57,711 bases of DNA from contig JAUCBJ010000847.1 in the NCBI GenBank assembly GCA_032718475.1, positions 1 through 57,711 on the forward strand. The letters run 5' to 3'. Of the stretch, positions 1-10,701 are shown one piece after another. The translations under genes were made by a program, and so were the position numbers. The stretch comes from Nemertoderma westbladi. Its lineage: Eukaryota; Animalia; Xenacoelomorpha. How positions within the stretch are numbered: position 1 is the stretch's first letter; every line of letters starts with the position of its first letter. The notes below the pieces were generated by a model, which was not told the origin of the DNA, made no database searches, and worked only from the letters and a program-made list of their open reading frames with translations.

Positions 1-400
1 AAAACCAACCAGACCCCAGACACGTAATTTTGCGCGGGAAGGTTTGAACTTTGAAGGCAATTATCTCTGAAAAACATTTTTTCACACGAAAAATAATACT
101 CCTCCGCCAATTCTTAACCGTTTTATGCAATTATCAGAAATAGAACATACAAAAAGTGGCCGAAAAATATGATGAAAAATTGAAAATGAACATTCTGATT
201 CCAAAAAATGTGGTATCGAAAACTAAAAATGGGAAACAACGTAGGAGTAGTGTTTTTTTAATCTCACGCAAGCCGCTAGGCGGCGCCAATAAATTTTTTT
301 CACAATTTTATTCACTTTAGTTCATTCTCTTTTCCATGGTATATCGTTTTCTACGTAGTTGTCAACCACATTGGAGATACAAACAAATTTAAAAAATTTA

Positions 401-431
<31 letters not shown>

Positions 432-804
432 AAAAGTTAATGAGTAGAATTTAAATAAGTATTAATTTGCACAAATTTGATTTAAAATATTGAAAACATT
501 CAGCCCTCCCAGCCCCAGCCAAATAATCGATGAAAAAAAGGAATTTATATTTAAAAAAAAAATGAAAAAAATAGGATCGGAAAAGGTTCAAGAGAAGGGG
601 AAAAACTGAATTGATATTATCTATAAAAAAAAAGGATAGTAAACATTATATTTCATTAACCTTATATAGGCCTATTAAGAAACGTCATTGTATTAAATGA
701 CAAGAAGAGATTAAAGTAGTAAGTTAGTTTAGTTTGACAGAGATATAAAAACTTTGGTACCGGTACGGATTTCCGGGTTGTGGTTTATATAAAACAAAAA
801 TGCT

Positions 805-960
805 TTTAGACGCAATCAAAATTCAACCATCTCCAGGGGAAAATGGATGCAAATAACAGCTGATTACGAGCAAAAATAAAACTGTAAGGGAACCATGTTA
901 TTGGATTTCTTTTATTGTTTTGGTTAGAATAGACTGCTACTGCAGCGTATTCCTTTCCCT
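805..960 (+). repeat. Interspersed repeat, copy 1 of 3 (others at about 25857-25990 and 44897-45052)
   Basis: All three positions share the core gcaatcaaaattcaacc...aaaatggatgcaaataacagctgatt...ttttattgttttg; the family is unclassified. Confidence 0.6.
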
Positions 961-1859
961 ATCAACAATGTTAATTCACCACTAAGGCGTGTTTAGTGTC
1001 AATTATAATATACCCCCCCTCCCCTCAGAAAATAAATATATTAAAGTCTCCTCCTGCAAGCTGAAGTTGATCTTCTGAACAAAAAAAAAAAGGAAAAAAA
1101 TGTGTGAAAATGGACAAAAAAAAAAGGAAACGTTCTGGCCTGAACATTATGATTACGATGCGATTATAAATTATTTAAAATTATGTACATAGTTTACATA
1201 TATATACTATACTTATGGATCCTGGGGCAGTCATATTGACGTTGGTAAAGTAATGATACAATATGGTCCCATCCTATCTAACAAAAAGTAGTCATATATT
1301 TATTGTTTGTTACATTACAGTACCGGGAAGTAGGCCTAGTTTGCTGAACACTGAAATAAATGTTATGTTCAGTTACAGTTTTCCGGTATTAGTACGTTTG
1401 AACGACACTAGCCAAACAAGCCTAAAATCAGATAAATAACGGTACCGGTACCGGTATAGCAGTATTGTGCACCACCTTGCGGATTGCATGGGCATTATTT
1501 ATTAAGTTCTTTGAAGGGAATGATATGATATATTGATATGAATGATATAATGTATTATTTTAATGCAATTTATATTACTACTACTATTATCAGACTATTA
1601 TTACTACTATTACTATTATTTACTAGCTTAATTATGTAATATTTTAGCTTAATCTATTAGTTTAATTACGATTTACTGTGCGCGTACGTAATCTTAATTA
1701 CATTCTACCGTAAAACATTACCAATATTATAATTACAGTAATATGGTGTATCTTATTGTAAAAAAATATTACAAGCTGACAAGCTAATAATGCTGTTGCG
1801 ATACGGTTTTTTATTTCATATGTTGGCCCTGAAAAGGGCCGTTTGGGTTGGTTATGGTA

Positions 1860-2290
1860 TACATTCAGCAAGGGCAGTAATGTTTGAAAAATGCGAGGAG
1901 ATTTGAGAAAGGTCGGTCGCGATTTAAAAGTCTCCACCGAAATTCTGCCAGGTGGCCAGCAATATGTTGCTTATGACTGACGTCTTTAAGTGGCCCCACA
2001 TCGACTCTATCTATACGTTGAGTGTGGGTGCCTGTCGCACTCACCCACTCTTACGAATGGTTGACGGTTTCATGTATGTAGGTTCCTGTTCCGTTGGTAG
2101 CAGACCACGGGTTGGTGGCGTTTGTTATACCAACATTCACACCGCGAATCGACTCTTCTCAAACCACGTTCCAGAACGTGCAGTTCGCTTGTCAGCTTGT
2201 TCTTATTAGCACCGGAACAACGCCAAACAAGCCGCATGAATCCCCTGTCCTTCACCAGAGTAATTTTAGATTGCGCAGTACAACCCGGAA
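1860..2290 (-). mobile_element. Degenerate Merlin (IS1595/ISXO2-like) DNA transposase fragment
   Basis: Minus-strand translation across frameshifts gives YIHETVNHS*EWVSATGTHTQRI / IESMWGHLK / GHLAEFRWR. This matches the H-x-T-V-N-H-S...H-T-Q-x-I-E-S-x-W...L-x-E-F-x-W-R C-terminal motifs of Merlin transposases. There is an in-frame stop and a 4-bp CTAT duplication at about 2007-2014. Boundaries are approximate. Confidence 0.75.
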
Positions 2291-5200
2291 ATGGCGGAAA
2301 AGGATAAAGACGTAGGGTTGGTTGCCCATTTTGTTGTAGAGTTCGGGGGAGAAGCTCCACGCTTTGTGCAAACTCAATGCTCCTCAGTCTCGATAAGTTT
2401 CCCAGTACACGAGTACAGTACACTAACAGTAGGCCCAGTAAGTAACAGTAGGCCTAACAATACTGATATACCGGTACCGGTAACAATTTTTATCAGTTTC
2501 TATCTGATTTCAGGATTGTTTGGCTAGTGTCGTCCAAACGTACTAATACCCTATTTATCACCCATGTCATGGAATATAGTGTCGTTTGAGGTACCTGCCC
2601 CCCACCCAAAAATAATTTTATTCTACAAATCTTAATGAGATTGCATGAAGTTTGAAAAATATATACTTTCACCTCCCTCCTCCTCCTTGATGGGTGAGTC
2701 AGAATTTTTATTTTCGTTTTCATTCTTTAGCTACAAGCGTTTGAAAAATATGCTCTATCAATATTGCACAAGTTTCATCGCAGTTATTCTTCAACCTTAT
2801 AGCGATTTGTTGGTACAGTTAGAAAGATGACCATGCACGAAAAATAGCTGAGATATGATGGTTAAAAATTTCCATGGTTTAGCATTTGCGCGAAGCTATA
2901 TTATTATATTTATTAAATACACCATATTCTAGAACATTTTGTTTTTTGTATGAATAGCTACATAATAGTATGATTAAAGAGGTATTGAATTGTTGTTTTG
3001 TAGAAAAATGGGGGGGGGGGGGGGGGGGGGGGGCGTACCTGAATAATGAAACAATATTCCAGGACATTCAGTATGTAGGAAGAATTAACTTTGAATCGGT
3101 GGATGAAATTGTACAACACAACATGAACGGGAATCTATTTATTGAATCCTGGCAGCGGCGCAGTCCTGCAGGCCAATGGTGACTCATAGACTTACCTGGA
3201 CTAGCTCCGATGTGATTACTCCACGCTTAATTCGGATGCCGGTAGTCAACCAAGTTTCTTAATATTGAGTGGGTTTGGGTTGGTATATGAGAGTTCCTGT
3301 AAATTAAAGATTGTGTAAGGCATAAGGTAACGTTAACTTATATTAGGTCTAGGTGTATGGTAGCTGTAGGGTATGCTGGCCTACAGTGCACCTAACTGCC
3401 TAACATCAACGTAATACACTAGACCTATTCAGATCTAGGCCCTAGGCCTACTCCCTGATGGATCGTTTCACTTCTCAGCTTCTCGAATCTCCGAGCATGG
3501 GCTGCCGCGGGGTACGTGCCGTGCGTAGAGAGAGGTCAAAAAAAATCCAACCATGAAACTACCAATTTATGTAAGCCTACATACTGACGTACGGTACCTG
3601 CAATATGTCATTATCAGTATGTATAGCTACTACTACTACGATCGGGATGCTGCATTGTAGCTGCATTTTTAAGAATGCTGTGCCGGCTTGTCGACAAAAT
3701 TGCGCCACCACAACTCCCTATCACCCATGACATTCGCTAGATCATCCGCATCTTCAAGGCCACTGTCCTTTAAGATGCGTTAAGATATCGGTTTTTTATG
3801 GTTTTTCTGTGGTTTAATTAAATCCAATACAGCAATACATCAGTAATTGAATTAAAAATACATACAACAGTACTGCAGCACAACCCTTGGCCTTGCCTGC
3901 TTGCGCTTGCGCAGTTGCCCAATCTGCCATTCGAACAAAATACTGAAATACAGTAATAAGGCCACATACCGGCATCCTTGCATACAGTATGCTGGTGCTG
4001 GTATGACAGTTGTATGAGCATGAGGCGTTCCTTACTGCCTTAGTACTCTCATCCAGATCCAACCCTTCAACCTTGAGTGATTCCATTCAAATTCGACAAA
4101 TCTCGGTGGCACTCATTTTTTTAAAATGATTCGTTCTTTACCAAATTTACAGGGTCTGACGATATTGTTATTATTAAGTTATGTTGAAAATTTCAACAAA
4201 TTTGGTTCATTAGTACCGAAGTTATGGCCATTTTAAATTTCGTGTTTTTAATAAAATTCAATATTTTCAAAAATAAAACTTGATGTAACTTTGGTGTACA
4301 TAGTCACCAAGATTTCAAACACACATCAAATTATAATATATAAGTAGTACTGTTTGCTACTGAAAGCCCGAAGAACAACAATTTTTAAAACCAACTTTAT
4401 TTTTTACTTTAATTTGGTCATATTTTATATTTTCCAATAATATACCCCAATTTAATAGTTAATTTTATTCACTTCAGAATTAGATAATTAACCAAGCATT
4501 GCGGCAACTTTATACATACACTATTTATAAACCAGATTATATTTATTATAAACATCAATTATCAATATAAGCGTTTTTATAATTAATTTAATTTAGCAAA
4601 AATGTCAAAAAGTCGTTTTTTAAAAGTGCCTGTACAAATGAATATTTAATTAATATTTGGTATGTACGTTCATTGTAGATAATTAAATCGATGTAGAAAG
4701 TGTGAATAGATAACGGGCTTTAGCGTTGATTTAATTTACATTCAAAGTTTAGTGCGGGGCGGCATTTCTTCAAACAAACCGCCCATTGATTGACAGCCAA
4801 CTAGTAGCGCCTCTCTGCTGGAGATCGCTGCTCCAGCTCTGCTTTAGGCTTTTAGCGGCAGTCCTGTTAGTTAGACTTCGTTTCTTTGTTCAGAGTTCGG
4901 CTCCCAGCAACTTGATTCACTCGGATTAAACTTTCGGTTCTACTTAAATTCTCAAGTTCGTTATGTTAACATAGATTATGATTTGGAAATACATAATTTT
5001 GTTACATACGTTTTTAACATAAATTTTAACTTTTAATATAATAAGTCTAATAAGATATAAATAATCCTCTTTCCCCCACTAGTATAATTTATAGTGGAGG
5101 CCCAACCTGTCTTTGACTTTACAAAGATGTAAAATCTCGGGTAGTGAGTGGTAGGTAATGAAGTTCTAAGGAATTTGATTGTTTTCTTGGGGTTCGACAA

Positions 5201-5377
5201 CATTTTTTGCTCGGTTGCCGGTGATACGACGACTTAAGACTTCAATATCTAGATGAATATTTTTCGAGACAGCCGTCCTTGTTAAAACGCTGTTGCTTAA
5301 TCCTAATTCCTTGAAAACTTTACCGCAAAACCAAATAATATAAATGTTAAATGTCTAACTGAGAGGTTAATATACTT

Positions 5378-5429
5378 AGTACTCTGCGTTGATACCACTG
5401 CTTAAGCAGTGGTATCAACGCAGAGTACT
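5378..5429. other. Back-to-back SMART / PacBio ultra-low-input amplification adapter (library artefact)
   Basis: Perfect 52-bp palindrome AGTACTCTGCGTTGATACCACTGCTT|AAGCAGTGGTATCAACGCAGAGTACT. The right half is the well-known synthetic SMART/ULI primer sequence. Confidence 0.97.
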
Positions 5430-5814
5430 GTTCTTGGCCACACAAATATACATCTTGGCAAGGGTCTTTAGAGTGAACGCCAAGAACCCTAAGCACAAAA
5501 CGCAATCATTTATGTAATTAAATAAAAAAAAACAGGACTGGCATGGGTAGATTCCGTATAAATGGTACACACGGTTTGTATGTCGGTCGGTGTGGTATGT
5601 TCACGTTCAGACAACTTCTAAAGGTTGAAAACCAACAGAAAATGGAAAAGTTTATATTAATAAATACTTCACGCAAAGGAAACAAACGTACCGCATTATT
5701 GTGAAAAAAATTTAATGTATTAATCGTAAACAATGTTGTCAACATAGAGTGGATCTGCACGCATTAAGTTATAATCAATAATGGGGAGAAATTAGAAACA
5801 AAAAGGTAGAAATA

Positions 5815-7888
5815 ATAGGTTTACTTACACGTATAGGTTTACTTACACGTATAGGTTTACTTACACGTATAGGTTTACTTACACGTATAGGTTTACTTAC
5901 ACGTATAGGTTTACTTACACGTATAGGTTTACTTACACGTATATGTTTACTTACACGTATAGGTTTACTTACACGTATAGGTTTACTTACACGTATAGGT
6001 TTACTTACACGTATAGGTTTACTTACACGTATAGGTTTAATTACACGTATAGGTTTACTTACACGTATAGGTTTACTTACACGTATAGGTTTACTTACAC
6101 GTATAGGTTTACTTACACGTATAGGTTTACTTACACGTATAGGTTTACTTACACGTATAGGTTTACTTACACGTATAGGTTTACTTACACGTATAGGTTT
6201 ACTTACACGTATAGGTTTACTTACACGTATAGGTTTACTTACACGTATAGGTTTAATTACACGTATAGGTTTACTTACACGTATAGGTTTACTTACACGT
6301 ACATGTTTACTTACACGTATAGGTTTACTTACACGTATAGGTTTACTTACACGTATAGGTTTACTTACACGTATAGGTTTACTTACACGTATAGGTTTAC
6401 TTACACGTATAGGTTTACTTACACGTATAGGTTTACTTACACGTATAGGTTTACTTACACGTATAGGTTTACTTACACGTATAGGTTTACTTACACGTAT
6501 AGGTTTACTTACACGTATAGGTTTACTTACACGTATAGGTTTACTTACACGTATAGGTTTACTTACACGTATAGGTTTACTTACACGTACATGTTTACTT
6601 ACACGTATAGGTTTACTTACACGTATAGGTTTACTTACACGTATAGGTTTACTTACACGTATAGGTTTACTTACACGTATAGGTTTACTTACACGTATAG
6701 GTTTACTTACACGTATAGGTTTACTTACACGTATAGGTTTACTTACACGTATAGGTTTACTTACACGTATAGGTTTACTACACGTATAGGTTTACTACAC
6801 GTATAGGTTTACTACACGTATAGGTTTACTTACACGTATAGGTTTACTTACACGTATAGGTTTACTTACACGTATAGGTTTACTTACACGTATAGGTTTA
6901 CTTACACGTATAGGTTTACTTACACGTATAGGTTTACTTACACGTATAGGTTTACTTACACGTATAGGTTTACTTACACGTATAGGTTTACTTACACGTA
7001 TAGGTTTATTTACACGTATAGGTTTACTTACACGTATAGGTTTACTTACACGTATAGGTTTACTTACACGTATAGGTTTACTTACACGTATAGGTTTACT
7101 TACACGTATAGGTTTACTTACACGTATAGGTTTACTTACACGTATAGGTTTACTTACACGTATAGGTTTACTTACACGTATAGGTTTACTTACACGTATA
7201 TGTTTACTTACACGTATAGGTTTACTTACACGTATAGGTTTACTTACACGTATAGGTTTACTTACACGTATAGGTTTACTTACACGTATAGGTTTACTTA
7301 CACGTATAGGTTTACTTACACGTATAGGTTTACTTACACGTATAGGTTTACTTACACGTATAGGTTTACTTACACGTATAGGTTTACTTACACGTATAGG
7401 TTTACTTACACGTATAGGTTTACTTACACGTATAGGTTTACTTACACGTATAGGTTTACTTACACGTATAGGTTTACTTACACGTATAGGTTTACTTACA
7501 CGTATAGGTTTACTTACACGTATAGGTTTACTTACACGTATAGGTTTACTTACACGTATAGGTTTACTTACACGTATAGGTTTACTTACACGTATAGGTT
7601 TACTTACACGTATAGGTTTACTAGGTTTACTTACACGTATAGGTTTACTTACACGTATAGGTTTACTTACACGTATAGGTTTACTTACACGTATAGGTTT
7701 ACTTACACGTATAGGTTTACTTACACGTATAGGCTTACTTACACGTATAGGTATACTTACCTTACACGTATAGGTTTACTTACACGTATAGGTTTACTTA
7801 CACGTATAGGTTTACTTACACGTATAGGTTTACTTACACGTATAGGTTTACTTACACGTATAGGTTTACTTACACGTATAGGTTTACT
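5815..7888. repeat. 18-bp tandem array, about 115 copies
   Basis: Unit TAGGTTTACTTACACGTA, near-perfect. It accounts for the (RFTYTY)n ORFs. Confidence 0.98.
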
Positions 7889-8582
7889 ACATGTTCTAAT
7901 TATATTCTTTATTCCAGGCACAACAAGCACCCATAGTAAAAAAAAATACAAAACGTAGGTAACACAACATAAGCACAAAGGTAACAATAAAATGAGGAAT
8001 TGACTTATATAAGAAAGAGTGATTTAGTGGTATAAATACTAATACATATTTAAACACATCTTATCTGTTTGAATACCGGTACCGGGCAATATATAATCGG
8101 TTAGGATAAATCCGACATTCAATAAGAGATCCACTGTGAACGTTGAGTTAATAGGAAATCTTTATCAGCCACCACCCCCCCCCCCCCCCCCCCCCCCGCA
8201 GGATTAACATTAAAGTAATACCAGTGTGGAGAAAATATAGTTTAATTAAATTCCTATAGATTAGGTTTTTTTAATAGATTATGTAGTTCTATAGACTAGA
8301 GACTCGGGTTGAATTAAAATAATAATTAAAGTTAGAAACGCCGTCAATCATTAATATAATCATATGAACGGTGTATTACTTGACTTGAGTTAATGTTGTT
8401 GACTTGTATGTCACTAGACGCGTTGATTAAAGACGCCTGTCTATACAAACTAAGTATATATTTGCTATTTGCTTTATTGTACTATTTTATTACAGTAGTT
8501 TATTTCATTTGTATTATTTACTCATCATGCATAGGCCGGGTTCCCATACAGCTGGGTGCGCGCCCAGTAATGGAATTGTAAC

Positions 8583-8628
8583 TGCCTTCGGCCTGGGTTC
8601 GAACCCGTGACCTCCCAGCTAGTGTTCA
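8583..8628 (-). mobile_element. Truncated tRNA-derived SINE head
   Basis: Minus strand reads GGGAGGTCACGGGTTCGAACCCAGGCC, a Pol III B-box, with no complete cloverleaf. Confidence 0.5.
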
Positions 8629-8874
8629 CGGAGGTTATCACGAAAATTTATTTATTCGAGGAATTAAATATTCGATGTTGGCAGGGAAAATCAGTACGGT
8701 GCAATAACTTCAACGTAATTGAAGAACCTAAAACTTTTGCTGCGGAATGTTGACAGGGTTCCAAATGAAAAATGTAATCTTGACACAGCAAAGTAAACGG
8801 TACTGAACCATTAGCTGTGATATCTAACCTGGATATGGATACACTCCTCCAAACGATTAGTTACATGAACTAAC

Positions 8875-9644
8875 CTTTGCATACACTGGTAAGCAGGTAG
8901 ATAGGCGCGATAACCAGTTCTAATGTAAGGATTACTCCGCAAATATTCTGGAACGTCATCAATGCTAAAAAACATAAAATAATAGTAAACAAAAAAAAAA
9001 TTTATTAAATTAAATACAGAATTACTTTATATTACTACTTTTCCTCACGTAAATACAGCCGTCCTGGAATATGTAATATTGAATGGAAGAATCTTTTAGG
9101 CTCGTTAAGCCAAGGAATGCCTGTTCACCACCATGGGTGATCTTCCACAGTAAACCCTTCCACTCTGTTTCCTAAAGGAATGCCTGTTCACCACCATGGG
9201 TGATCTTCCACAGTAAACCCTTCCACTGTTTCCTAAAGGAATGCCTGTTCACCACCATGGGTGATCTTCCACAGTAAACCCTTCCACTCTGTTTCCAAAG
9301 TAGCTTTGGTTCCCATTTATCGACCACTGAAGGATGAAAGCCAGGGTTTGGCTAGGCTGCAGCATTTAAAGCACTGCGGCCAAACAGTGCTACCCTATCT
9401 AGGGATCGAACCAGGGCTCCCTAATTGGAAGCCTAGGAATGTCACCAGTAGACCAAGCTGCTGCTTATATATTATTATATAATAATAAACTAGTTATAAT
9501 GGATGGGTACACAAACTATTCCCCTAATTTTTCTACAAATCTGAATAATATATTAGCAACTCACCTGTAGGTCGGTATACCACCTCTAACGTTCGCATTG
9601 GGGGTGGAACCGAGTTCGATTAGACTAGAACTAGGAGTTGTCAT
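8875..9644 (-). CDS. PAQR3: Progestin and adipoQ receptor 3, 5' part only: complement(join(8875..8964,9565..9644)); downstream exons not found
   Basis: Spliced translation MTTPSSSLIELGSTPNANVRGGIPTYSIDDVPEYLRSNPYIRTGYRAYLPAYQCMQ matches the PAQR3 N-terminus as I recall it (IELGS...NPYITDGYRAYLP...C). Splice sites are canonical (AG|gtgagt, ttttag|, AG|gttagt) and phases are consistent. An acceptor at 9656 implies an upstream non-coding exon. Confidence 0.85.
9113..9464 (-). mobile_element. tRNA-derived SINE with an internal ~63-bp segment triplicated
   Basis: A-box-like AGCTTGGTCTACTGG and B-box GGTTCGATCCC are followed by a body (ggctttcatccttcagtggtcgataaatgggaacc) shared with the copy at 21231-21445. 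Three copies of aaggaatgcctgttcaccaccatgggtgatcttccacagtaaacccttccac lie at 9113-9297. Confidence 0.8.
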
Positions 9645-9837
9645 CGCAACCACGGCTACAAAGTTAAATATAGATTATAACAAAGTCTGTAGCATGATAA
9701 ATAAATATGTATAAAGAATGATGTATTGTGTAGGCCTACTATATCCTTACTATAAGGATAGCTGCCCTTTGGATGCCCTATTGTAATGTTGTAGAAGAGG
9801 TAAAAGGTTTTGAGATAATAATACGGACCTCGACCAA

Positions 9838-10083
9838 ACAGGATGTAGCCACGGTACTACTGTATATAATGCCTTTCAGAGTATAGGAAACTGTATAATT
9901 ATTTAGTTAGACTAGGCCTACTGCATAAGAAATTTTGTGAAGCGTGATATGCGTAATGCACACAGTCGCATATCACGCTTCACAAAATTTCTTATGCAGT
10001 AGGCCTAGTCTAACTAAATAATTATACGGTTTTTTCCTATACTCTGAGAGGCATTATATAGTAATACCGTGGCTACATCCTGT
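9838..10083. mobile_element. Foldback element / MITE-like hairpin
   Basis: Inverted arms of about 115 bp (acaggatgtagccacgg...gtgatatgcg / cgcatatcac...ccgtggctacatcctgt) surround a 13-nt loop. Confidence 0.85.
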
Positions 10084-10620
10084 GGGGTGAGCGACGAAAG
10101 TAAGCGAGCTTAGTATTCAGGTACCACTAACTCAATGGTGTGTCTGTTGTTGTCGTGTTCAATTTTAAACGTTAATATCTAATATATTAATATAATATAT
10201 TAATATACTAATATACGCTAATATATTAGCTAAATAATTTCGTTGAGGCGTTGACATGAGAAATTAATATTTCAATATCAATACTATCGGCATAAGGTAA
10301 GTTTTAATAATTTTTACAAATTGGGTTGCCCCCACACCTAAAAATATATTACTATTAAAACACAAATTTCCTGTTAATACCTCTGCCTTTCATTAATCCT
10401 CTGTGCTCCTTTGCGGTTGGGGTGGTGCAGATTAAGAGGGCGGTTGAAGCGAGGAGGGAACTTTCCTCTATTCTTTGATTTATTGGTATTGGCGGTTTGG
10501 TTAAATTTCTTATTTATTTATTTAAATTTCTTTAGTACCGATTTTGGGATAGAATTGCTCAATTTTAATCTGTATCTAATAACTGAGCCTCGTCCTGCGC
10601 GAAGGCCCCCCGGACGTGTT
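10081..10620 (+). mobile_element. Helentron-associated (HINE/DINE-1-like) non-autonomous element, copy 1
   Basis: The 5' end tgtggggtgagcgacgaaagtaagcgagcttag and the 3' end aactgagcctcgtcctgcgcgaaggccccc are shared with 54171-55368. It has a short subterminal inverted repeat and a tgtctg microsatellite. The family assignment is inferred from structure. Confidence 0.6.
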
Positions 10621-10701
10621 TGGTAGAGATGCGTATAATTAATTATCTTTTACCTCTTCCTTACAACATTACAATAGATTAGTTAGCATCCAAGGTCTAG
10701 A

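Noticed and set aside
401-427. Poly-C/poly-G tracts (also about 3010, 8176, 25360, 25833, 46076, 50227) as functional G-quadruplexes
   Set aside because: Simple homopolymers with no positional pattern, and their lengths are unreliable in amplified libraries.
3196-3296. Minus-strand exon-like segment (tttacag| 101 nt |gtaagt) as PAQR3 exon 3
   Set aside because: It has stops in all three frames and no PAQR3 similarity; at most a non-coding exon of something else, and it lies beyond the adapter junction.
5378-5429. Perfect palindrome as a biological hairpin or MITE
   Set aside because: It is identical to a synthetic library adapter.
5943-7987. Long (RFTYTY)n and (TRIGLL)n ORFs
   Set aside because: By-products of an 18-bp unit with stop-free frames; indels shift frame freely and the array lies in a PAQR3 intron.
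9385-9464. tRNA gene
   Set aside because: A and B boxes are present but there is no sound cloverleaf, and the sequence continues into a body shared with another copy, so it is a SINE head.
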